Assembly (NCBI GenBank): GCA_035488355.1
Contig: DATHLI010000251.1
Span: 1 to 43,344 of the forward strand
Direction: 5' to 3'
Length of the DNA stretch: 43,344 bases
Origin: a bacterium
GTDB taxonomy: Bacteria > Sysuimicrobiota > Sysuimicrobiia > Sysuimicrobiales > Segetimicrobiaceae
The position numbers and the translations under genes were made by a program. Under the pieces are notes generated by a model, which saw only the letters and a list, made by a program, of their open reading frames with translations, did no database searches and had not been told where the DNA came from. Shown here piece by piece: positions 36,813-43,344 of this stretch; within the stretch, counting starts at the first letter, position 1; each line of letters opens with the position of its first letter.

Positions 36813-37703
36813 ATGGCGCTCCGCCGCGGGCGAAGGCGCCGGCGGGTCCAGCCCTTCCTGTTCCTTCTCCCCTCGCTCGTCTTCCTGGCGGCGTTCACCT
36901 ACTACCCGATCCTCGCGTCCCTGGAACGCAGCCTGTACCGGGCGAGCGCGACGGTGGCGCACCCCACGTTCATCGGGCTGGGGAACTACGCGGCCCTGGG
37001 GACCGACCCGATTTTCCGGCAGGTCCTCGAAAACAGCGGGCAGTTCCTGATCGGCACGGTCCCGGTGACCGTGGGCGTGGCGCTGGCGCTCGCGCTCCTG
37101 CTCAACCGCGCGCACGTCCTCACGACGCCCTTCCGGACGGCGTTCTTCTATCCGACGCTCCTGCCCTTGGTCGGGGCCGCGGCGATCTGGCTCTTCGTGT
37201 ACACGCCCGGCTACGGCTTGATCGACGTCTATCTCCGCCGCATCGTCGGCGGCGGGACCAACTGGCTGGGGAGCCCCACGCTCGCGCTCCCCGCGGTGAT
37301 GATCCTGACCGTCTGGAAGAACGCGGGCTACTACATGCTCTTCTACCTGGCCGGCCTGCAGACGATCTCCGCGGAGCTCTACGAAGCGGCCCGGATCGAA
37401 GGGGCCGCATGGGCGCAGCAGTTCCGAGCGATCACCTGGCCGCTGCTGGGCCCGACCACGCTCTTCGTCGTGGTGATCGCCAGCATCAACGCGTTCCAAG
37501 CCGTCGACCAGATCTTCCTGATGACCGGAGGCGGGCCCGACAATCGCACCAACCTGCTCCTCTTCTATATCTATCAGGTGGGGTTCCAGTTCTTCGACCT
37601 CGGCAGGGCGGCCACGCTCACCGTCTTCCTGCTGGCCGTCCTGATGGCCATCGCCGCCGCGAGTTTCGGTTTCCTGGAGCGGCGGGTCCACTACGAGGTC
37701 TAG
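36813..37703 (+). CDS. Carbohydrate ABC transporter permease (MalF/UgpA type)
   Basis: 296 aa from the ATG at 36813 (MALRRGRRRRR...). EAA loop EAARIEGAAWAQQF. Confidence 0.88.
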   Translation: MALRRGRRRRRVQPFLFLLPSLVFLAAFTYYPILASLERSLYRASATVAHPTFIGLGNYAALGTDPIFRQVLENSGQFLIGTVPVTVGVALALALLLNRAHVLTTPFRTAFFYPTLLPLVGAAAIWLFVYTPGYGLIDVYLRRIVGGGTNWLGSPTLALPAVMILTVWKNAGYYMLFYLAGLQTISAELYEAARIEGAAWAQQFRAITWPLLGPTTLFVVVIASINAFQAVDQIFLMTGGGPDNRTNLLLFYIYQVGFQFFDLGRAATLTVFLLAVLMAIAAASFGFLERRVHYEV

Positions 37704-37704
37704 G

Positions 37705-38544
37705 ATGGGGCGGCGTCCGCGGCGGATCCTCGGCACGTGGCTGTGGGCGCTCGTGGTGGGCGCGCTGGCGTTCATCTGGGTGTTCCCACTGCTCTGGGCG
37801 TTCACCACGTCGTTTCGGCCCCCGGGGCAACTCGGGACCGAAATCGCCTCGCTGTGGGTCCACCACCCGTCCCTCGCCAATTTCACCGAGGCCTGGTCGG
37901 ACGCGCCGTTCCTGCGCCTGTACTACAACACCGCCGTCGTGGTCTTCGGGATCCTGGGCGTCCAGCTGGTCACGACCACGCTGGCCGCGTACGCGTTCGC
38001 GCGGATGGAGTTCTGGGGCCGGGACCTGTTGTTCCGGGTGTTCCTCCTCCAACTGATGGTCGCGCCCTCCGCGCTCATCTTCCCCAACTTCCAGACCATC
38101 AGGAGCCTCGGCCTGCTCAACACCCGGCTCGGCATCATGATCCCGTACTTCGCGTCCGCCTTCGGGACGTTTCTCCTGCGGCAGACCTTTCGGTCGGTTC
38201 CCCGGGATCTGGAGGACGCCGCCGTGATCGACGGCTGCGGCACCCTGCAGACGATCTGGAACGTCTTTCTCCCCCTGGCGAAGCCCACGCTGGTCGCCTT
38301 CTCGATCGTGAGCGTGGTCTACCACTACAACGAGTTCCTGTGGCCGCTCATCATCACCGACACCGAGCGGGCGCGGACGGTGACGGTCGGCCTCGCCTCA
38401 TTTACCCAGTCCGCGGAGTCCGGGGCGCAGTGGAACCTCATCGCCGCGGGGACGGTGATCGTGATCCTGCCGCTGCTGGTGATCTTCGTGCTGTTCCAGC
38501 GGCGGTTCGTGGAGAGCTTCATGTACTCGGGGCTCAAGGGGTGA
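37705..38544 (+). CDS. Carbohydrate ABC transporter permease (MalG/UgpE type)
   Basis: 279 aa, multi-pass, EAA-like loop EDAAVIDGCG. Confidence 0.88.
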   Translation: MGRRPRRILGTWLWALVVGALAFIWVFPLLWAFTTSFRPPGQLGTEIASLWVHHPSLANFTEAWSDAPFLRLYYNTAVVVFGILGVQLVTTTLAAYAFARMEFWGRDLLFRVFLLQLMVAPSALIFPNFQTIRSLGLLNTRLGIMIPYFASAFGTFLLRQTFRSVPRDLEDAAVIDGCGTLQTIWNVFLPLAKPTLVAFSIVSVVYHYNEFLWPLIITDTERARTVTVGLASFTQSAESGAQWNLIAAGTVIVILPLLVIFVLFQRRFVESFMYSGLKG

Positions 38545-38586
38545 TGCAACGTATGCGTAATACGACGGCGATGCTGAACGGCGGCC

Positions 38587-38784
38587 TCACCGATCGGCGA
38601 GACGGCGCAGGAGTCCCTGATCTTCCTCAATGATTCCGGTGGCGAGGTCAAGAATCCGCCTATCGGACGGGCCCAGACCGGCGGCTCGCCTCGGGGTGGT
38701 ATGGACGGCCCGCGCCTTACGGCGGGTTGCGATCCGGCCGGGCGCGGCAGCCCTGCGATTGCGTAACGGCTTTTTCTTGGCCAC
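38587..38784 (-). CDS. Hypothetical small basic protein (65 aa)
   Basis: GTG start 7 nt after GGAGGAAG. Lys/Arg-rich N-terminal half and a helical-looking C-terminus (ILDLATGIIEEDQGLLRRLA). I recognise no family. Confidence 0.4.
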   Translation of the reverse strand: MAKKKPLRNRRAAAPGRIATRRKARAVHTTPRRAAGLGPSDRRILDLATGIIEEDQGLLRRLADR

Positions 38785-38844
38785 GATTCACTTCCTCCTA
38801 ATAAACTATAGCATCTGGGCAAAGCCTCGGAAACGCCTGGGATG

Positions 38845-38853
38845 TGATAAAAT
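38845..38853 (+). promoter_or_regulatory. Putative extended -10 promoter element for tRNA(CAT)
   Basis: TG-a-TAAAAT at 38845-38853 in an AT-rich patch, ending 10 nt before the tRNA 5' end (38863). No convincing -35. Confidence 0.35.
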
Positions 38854-38862
38854 GTCGCACGA

Positions 38863-38936
38863 GGGCCTGTAGCTCAAGGGTAGAGCACCCGGCTCATAAC
38901 CGGCTGATCCAGGTTCGAGACCTGGCGGGCCCACCA
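38863..38936 (+). tRNA. tRNA with CAT anticodon (elongator Met or lysidine-dependent Ile2), CCA encoded
   Basis: Hand-folded 74-nt cloverleaf. Acceptor GGGCCTG/CGGGCCC (one U-G pair), D arm GCTC-AAGGGTA-GAGC, anticodon loop CTCATAA, T arm CCAGG-TTCGAGA-CCTGG. G1-C72 is paired, so it is not an initiator. Confidence 0.85.
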
Positions 38937-39023
38937 AGGCAAGCGTTTCCCTACAGACTCCTCCGGGTCGCTCCTTTCGATCTGCATCCGACCAACGCGC
39001 GTGTTACGACGCAGAGGCGCCGG

Positions 39024-40076
39024 TTAGGGAGGACCGGGCGTTGTGGCAGGCGGAGGAGGTGCGATCACAGGACGCCGCCCTGGCTGCGGCGTCGGTTGTT
39101 GCTGCATGTGGATATGAGGCTGGGGGCTGCTCTTGATGAAGGCCTTGCCGAGGTGGTTTTCGATAATCTTGAGAGCGGGGGTTGAGTTGAAGCTGTGTGC
39201 TGTGGCATGGAACACCGAAAGGACCGCGTCCTGGAGCGCCTGATCGGCCTCCAGATCGTCCACCACCAGCCCGAATCCCTTGGCCGAGGTCCGGTCGATG
39301 AAGCGAGAGTGACTCTTGAAGTTCGCATGATCGGCCAGCCTCGCCGCGATCTGCAACGCGGAATCGTGTCTCACCGGTGATGCGGGCAGCATGTATCGCT
39401 CCAGCCAGGTGGCGACGAGGGACTCCGACAATTCGCGAGCGAGCTTGCATTGAATAATGAGCGCCGGCCCGTACTGGCGCAGAATCGGGAGCCACGCGCC
39501 CAGAAGCGCGGGATTCTGGCATTCCTGCTTCGCGAGGGCAAACTGCTCCTCGATGGCATGAGCGGCAACCGCGAAACGCCCCAAGTCGCCCTGCACGAAG
39601 AATTGAGGGTCGATCGGGCCGAGAAAAGAATGGCTGCCCATGACAATACGGTTGGCAGAGCATGCGAACATCGTTGCCGCAGACAACGCGGCATGCGGGA
39701 CAAAGACCCGCACCTCGTTGAACTTGGACCGGATGTACGAGACGAGAGATTCCGCGGCTTCAGCCGATCCGCCCGGCAGATGCATGACCATATCAAGGGG
39801 AGCGTCACCAAGGCCGTGCATGACCTCCATGAACCCTTGAACGTCTTCGGCGGTGATGCTGATGAGCTCGGGTTCGGTGCCGGGCGTCCATTGGGTCCAC
39901 TTCGAGGCATAGAGAATCACGTTGCGCCCGGTCTGCTGGTGAAGAGCCGTCAGATATTTCCGTCTGACGATATCGAAAGGGGATGCCGTGGGGGGGAATT
40001 GTCCGGTCTGGACTCCTTGCGCGACTTGCTGGGACGTCTGTTGTAGTTCGACGAGAATATCGCCCCACGTAGGCAG
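39024..40076 (-). CDS. SDH-family Clp-fold (S49/ClpP-like) serine proteinase, probable non-canonical CTG start
   Basis: HLPGGSAEAAESL and the nucleophile region LSAATMFACSANRIVMG fit the ClpP/SppA fold. The tracked ORF starts at GTG 39920, but the frame stays open 61 codons further upstream. That stretch encodes family-like N-terminal sequence (PTWGDILVELQQ...FDIVRRKYLTALHQQTGRNVILYASKW). CTG at 40076 follows a G-run. Pro-rich C-terminal tail. Confidence 0.7.
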   Translation of the reverse strand: MPTWGDILVELQQTSQQVAQGVQTGQFPPTASPFDIVRRKYLTALHQQTGRNVILYASKWTQWTPGTEPELISITAEDVQGFMEVMHGLGDAPLDMVMHLPGGSAEAAESLVSYIRSKFNEVRVFVPHAALSAATMFACSANRIVMGSHSFLGPIDPQFFVQGDLGRFAVAAHAIEEQFALAKQECQNPALLGAWLPILRQYGPALIIQCKLARELSESLVATWLERYMLPASPVRHDSALQIAARLADHANFKSHSRFIDRTSAKGFGLVVDDLEADQALQDAVLSVFHATAHSFNSTPALKIIENHLGKAFIKSSPQPHIHMQQQPTPQPGRRPVIAPPPPATTPGPP

Positions 40077-40103
40077 CGGGGAGCCCCCCTGCTTCGGAGA
40101 CCC

Positions 40104-40307
40104 TTAGGAAGAGCGCTCCGTCGTGTAGAACGTGGGTCGAGGCTTCAACCCGGTGAGATACGCCTCCGCCTGACGAATCGCCGCCTCATAGGTACCGTAG
40201 ACTTGAATAACGTCCAGCGCTCCAGGGTTCAACGCGGCCATCGCCTGTTCCAAAGCCTGGAGCTCGGCTTCGACCTGGTTCTTCACATCTTCGCGGCGGT
40301 CAGACAC
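40104..40307 (-). CDS. Hypothetical small helical protein (67 aa), upstream partner of the protease
   Basis: GTG start after AGGAGGGAGG. Predicted helical/coiled N-terminus (VKNQVEAELQALEQAMAAL). Same reading frame as the protease, separated from it by one TAA. Confidence 0.55.
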   Translation of the reverse strand: MSDRREDVKNQVEAELQALEQAMAALNPGALDVIQVYGTYEAAIRQAEAYLTGLKPRPTFYTTERSS

Positions 40308-40347
40308 AGCCTCCCTCCTGCATTCGGGAAACCCGCGTCACACCATG

Positions 40348-40356
40348 ATAATACCA
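40348..40356 (-). promoter_or_regulatory. Putative extended -10 promoter for the small-protein/protease pair
   Basis: The minus strand reads TG-g-TATTAT (reverse complement of 40348-40356), about 40 nt upstream of the GTG at 40307, in a locally AT-rich patch. Confidence 0.35.
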
Positions 40357-40493
40357 CACGGTGCTGGAGAAGTTCGCGGCGGCGGCGACGATGCGGGAGA
40401 AGACTTTCCGCCACGCCCCCCGGGAGACGACCCCGTCCTGGACCACCCAGGCTTCCCCTGAGCCGCCCTCTTCCCTTCGACCCCCCCGCGGAT

Positions 40494-41249
40494 TCAGGGC
40501 GCATAGTCCACGCGCACCAGGTACAGCCCGTGCGCGGGGAGGTTGGGACCGGTTCGGCGATTATCGGGGTCGCTCAGGAAGGCGGCGGGGGCCTCCGCGG
40601 GCAGACGGCCCGTCCCCACCCGTACCAGCGTGCCCACTAAGATACGCACCATGTGCCGGAGGAACCAGTCCGCGGTGACCGTCACACGGACGCGCGCGCC
40701 GGTCCGCCGGCACTCGGCGCGGGTGATGGTGCAGAGGGTCGTGCGGGTCTGGGTCCCGGCGCCCCGGTAGGCCGCAAAGTCGTGCCGGCCGAGGAACGGG
40801 GTGAGCGACCGCTGCATCGCATCCATATCCAGCGGGTCCGGAACATGGTATGCCCGGAAGCGGAGCAGCGCGGACGGAGCGGGACGATTCAGGATCTCGT
40901 AGCGGTAGGTCCGCGAGACGGCGTCGAACCTGGCGTGAAACCCGGCGGGCGCCTCCTCGGCTTCGAGGACCCGGATGTCCGCGGGAAGATGCGCGTTCAG
41001 GGCTCCGGGAAACCGGCCGGCCGCAATCCGGCTGCCGGTCACAAGGTGCGCGACCTGCCCGAGCGCGTGCACGCCCGCGTCGGTCCGGCCGGCTCCCACC
41101 ACCGCCACCGGTTCGCCCGTGACCGCGCGGACCGCCGCCTCGATCGTGGCCTGCACGGAGGGAGCGCCGGCCGCCGCGGACCCCCGCTGCCGCTGCCACC
41201 CGCAGTACCCCGTCCCATCGTATTCGAGCACCAGCCTGAGGGTCCGCAC
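40494..41249 (-). CDS. truA: tRNA pseudouridine(38-40) synthase
   Basis: 251 aa. LEYDGTGYCGWQRQ and catalytic-Asp motif GAGRTDAGVHA. Confidence 0.92.
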   Translation of the reverse strand: MRTLRLVLEYDGTGYCGWQRQRGSAAAGAPSVQATIEAAVRAVTGEPVAVVGAGRTDAGVHALGQVAHLVTGSRIAAGRFPGALNAHLPADIRVLEAEEAPAGFHARFDAVSRTYRYEILNRPAPSALLRFRAYHVPDPLDMDAMQRSLTPFLGRHDFAAYRGAGTQTRTTLCTITRAECRRTGARVRVTVTADWFLRHMVRILVGTLVRVGTGRLPAEAPAAFLSDPDNRRTGPNLPAHGLYLVRVDYAP

Positions 41250-41303
41250 GGCGCCGCGGTCCTCCAGGGGCCCCGGCCTTGGCGCCCGCCCCAGCGCCCC
41301 GCC

Positions 41304-42125
41304 TCAACGCCCCCGCCAGGCGGCGGGGGAGACGAGGGCGAGCGCGGCCGCGGCGGCGACCAGGAACAGGGCGGTATAATCCCGCGGGCGCAGGCGCAGT
41401 TCGCGCATCCGTGTCCGGTGTTCGCCTCCGCGGTAGCATCGGGCTTCCATCGCCACGGCGAGCGCGTCCGCGCGGCGGAAGGCGCTGACGAAGAGCGGCA
41501 CGAGCAGGGGAAGCAGGGCGCGGGCCCGGCGGGGGAGACTGCCGCGCGCGAATTCCGCTCCGCGCGCCATCTGCGCGTTCATGATCTTCTCCGCCTCCTC
41601 CAGCAGCGTCGGGATGAACCGGAGCGCGATCGTCATCATCATCGCCAAATCGTGCGCGGGGACCCCGACGCGCTGGAAGGGACGCAGGAGGCGCTCCAGG
41701 CCGTCCGTGAACTCGACCGGAGAGGTCGTCAGCGTCATCAGCGTCGTCGAGAAAACCAGGAGCAAGAGCCGCCACCCGTAGAACGCCGCCTGGGAGAGAT
41801 TCTCCCGGGTCACCACCAGCGGCCCCCAGCGGACAACCGGATGCCCCGCCTCCTCCCCGAAGAACACCTGCAGGGCGAACGCGAACACCAGCAGCCAGAA
41901 CAGGGGGCGCACGCCCCGGATGACGTACCCCGGCCGAACGCGGGCGGCCAGGGTCGCCGCGGCGAGGGCGGCGGTCAACACGGCGAGGCCGGCGAATCCC
42001 CGAATGGCAAAGATCACGCTGAGCAGTCCCAGCGCCGCCAGGATCTTGGTCCGCGGATCGAGCCGGTGGACGGCGGAGTCCACCGGGACGTACTGGCCGA
42101 GGACGAGCCCCTTAAAGAGCTCCAT
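41304..42125 (-). CDS. ecfT: Energy-coupling factor transporter transmembrane component
   Basis: 273 aa. N-terminus MELFKGLVLGQYVPVDSAVHRLDPRTKIL is typical of EcfT/CbiQ. Positioned after two ECF ATPase genes. Confidence 0.88.
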   Translation of the reverse strand: MELFKGLVLGQYVPVDSAVHRLDPRTKILAALGLLSVIFAIRGFAGLAVLTAALAAATLAARVRPGYVIRGVRPLFWLLVFAFALQVFFGEEAGHPVVRWGPLVVTRENLSQAAFYGWRLLLLVFSTTLMTLTTSPVEFTDGLERLLRPFQRVGVPAHDLAMMMTIALRFIPTLLEEAEKIMNAQMARGAEFARGSLPRRARALLPLLVPLFVSAFRRADALAVAMEARCYRGGEHRTRMRELRLRPRDYTALFLVAAAAALALVSPAAWRGR

Positions 42126-42984
42126 GGCTCCGGCCTCGCACCCGCAGCGCCTCGAGGATGGCGGTCCGCGCTTCGCCCACCGTCAGGATATCGGGCCGGA
42201 CCGGCAGCCCGCGCTCCCGCAGCCGCTGGGCCAGCAGCGCCATCTGCGGCACCCCAAGCCCGAGGGCCTGGAGCCGAGCCGGGTCGGCGAAGATCTCCCG
42301 GGGGCCGCCCTCGGCCACGAGCCGCCCCCGGTCCAGCACGAGCACGCGGCCGGCGAGCCGCGCCACGGCGTCCATGCTGTGGGTGATCAGCACGATGGCC
42401 AGCCCCCGTTCGCGGTGGAGCCGGCCGACGTGCCCCAGGATCTCGCGGCGGCCCGTGGGGTCGAGGCCAGCCGTCGGCTCGTCGAGGATCAGCATGCGGG
42501 GTTCCATCGACAGGACCCCGGCCAGCGCCGCCCGCCGCATCTCGCCTCCGCTGAGCTCGAACGGCGAGCGGGGACCAAACCGATCCGGGTCCAGCCCCAC
42601 CAGCGTCAGGGCGCGGCGCACCCGTCCGCGGACCTCGTCGTCATCCAGCCCCAGGTTCCGCGGGCCAAACGCCACATCCGCGGAGACCGTCTCTTCGAAG
42701 AGCTGCTGTTCGGGATACTGGAACAGCAGGCCGACCAGCTGGCGGACGCGCCGGCGGTCCACCCCGCGGGCGTGGATGTCGGCGCCATCGAGGTAGACGT
42801 GTCCCGCCGTGGGGCGGAGCAGCCCGTCGAAGTGCTGGACCAGCGTCGACTTGCCCGAGCCGGTGGCGCCGATGATCCCGACGAACTCGCCCGCCGCAAT
42901 GGTAAGCGAGACGTCGGTGAGCGCCTGGGTCTCGAGCGGCGTCCCGCGGCCGTAGATGTGGGTGAGGTGCTCGCAGCGGATCAC
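42112..42984 (-). CDS. ecfA2: Energy-coupling factor transporter ATPase (second ATPase)
   Basis: 290 aa from the GTG at 42984 (GTGA overlap with the upstream stop). GATGSGKST, LSGGEMRR and LILDEPTAGLD. The tracked start at 43332 would overlap ecfA1. Confidence 0.88.
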   Translation of the reverse strand: MIRCEHLTHIYGRGTPLETQALTDVSLTIAAGEFVGIIGATGSGKSTLVQHFDGLLRPTAGHVYLDGADIHARGVDRRRVRQLVGLLFQYPEQQLFEETVSADVAFGPRNLGLDDDEVRGRVRRALTLVGLDPDRFGPRSPFELSGGEMRRAALAGVLSMEPRMLILDEPTAGLDPTGRREILGHVGRLHRERGLAIVLITHSMDAVARLAGRVLVLDRGRLVAEGGPREIFADPARLQALGLGVPQMALLAQRLRERGLPVRPDILTVGEARTAILEALRVRGRSHGAL

Positions 42985-43344
42985 GGAGGCGGGGCCAGGA
43001 TCTCGACCAACTGGTCGATGGTGATCACCCCGGGGGGAACGGCCAGCCCCGCGGCGGCCAGCTCGCGGGCGAGGGTTGCCGCCTCCGGCGGCTCGAGGTG
43101 GAGGCGGGCCAAGGCGCTCCCGCGGCTGAAGATCTCCGCCGGAGACCCCTGGAGGACGATCCGCCCCTCGGCCAGCACCAGGATCCGGTCCGCCTGGGCG
43201 GCCTCCTCCATCCAGTGGGTGATGAGGACGAGCGCCAGCCCCTCCTGGCGGCTCAGCCTGAGCGCCGTCCCCAGCACCTCCCGCTGCCCCTCGGGGTCGA
43301 GCATGGACGTGGCCTCGTCGAGCACCAGGCACCGCGGCCGCATG
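42981..43344 (-). CDS. ecfA1: Energy-coupling factor transporter ATPase (first ATPase), 5'-truncated by the window edge
   Basis: The C-terminal ~120 aa include Walker B/D-loop LVLDEATSMLDPEG. The frame runs off the window end. Confidence 0.85.
   Translation of the reverse strand, partial: MRPRCLVLDEATSMLDPEGQREVLGTALRLSRQEGLALVLITHWMEEAAQADRILVLAEGRIVLQGSPAEIFSRGSALARLHLEPPEAATLARELAAAGLAVPPGVITIDQLVEILAPPP

Noticed and set aside
38863-38936. tRNA(CAT) as initiator tRNA-fMet
   Set aside because: Position 1-72 is a G-C pair and the anticodon stem lacks the three consecutive G-C pairs expected of bacterial initiators.
40438-40451. Possible att-like copy of the tRNA(CAT) 3' end (ctggaccacccagg vs ctggcgggcccaccaagg at 38922-38939) that would delimit the protease module
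   Set aside because: The match is short and gapped, and could easily arise by chance in GC-rich DNA. It is not enough to call an island boundary without an exact alignment or comparison with relatives.
40561-42386. 404-aa minus-strand and 577-aa plus-strand ORFs overlapping truA, ecfT and ecfA2
   Set aside because: These are alternative or antisense frames of recognised genes, with extreme Arg/Pro/Gly content. They are high-GC artefacts.
1-43344. Search for CRISPR arrays, IS elements, integrases, transposases, phage structural genes and rRNA
   Set aside because: Reading both strands showed no regularly spaced short repeats, no terminal inverted repeats flanking a transposase-like ORF, and no recombinase-like translations. 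The only repeats found are the 94-nt and 35-nt direct repeats and the paralogous binding-protein genes.

Overview
High-GC (roughly two-thirds G+C by eye) bacterial chromosomal segment, densely coding with many 4-nt stop/start overlaps. All family calls come from reading the translated ORFs; no searches were run. Left to right: a PaaI-type thioesterase; LigD split into three coupled genes (phosphoesterase, ligase, polymerase); an LsrB/RhaS-type sugar ABC operon with an FGGY kinase, a BtpA/SgcQ protein and an M29 aminopeptidase; a lower-GC patch with a small unknown ORF, an orphan solute-binding protein and toxin-antitoxin debris. Next comes a 17.7-kb block (13.7-31.4 kb) bracketed by 94-nt direct repeats made of the 3' part of tRNA-Val plus its trailer. 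This block carries sugar/nucleoside catabolic genes, a CUT1-type sugar importer, an ABC-2 exporter with an anchored unknown protein, and a cupin/Tm-1-like/PEP-hydrolase-like trio. Beyond the intact tRNA-Val(TAC) lie a beta-CASP MBL hydrolase, murA, ireB, menG/ubiE and a second sugar ABC locus whose binding protein is a paralog of the orphan one. The window ends with a tRNA(CAT), a lower-GC two-gene module (small helical protein plus SDH-family Clp-fold serine protease with a start-codon anomaly), and truA-ecfT-ecfA2-ecfA1 (partial). IreB and the ecfA-ecfA-ecfT-truA order suggest a Firmicutes-like (Terrabacteria) lineage. I found no CRISPR array, IS element, integrase or transcription factor. 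The most interesting signals are the integrase-less tRNA-bounded island with nested repeats, and the tRNA-adjacent protease module.
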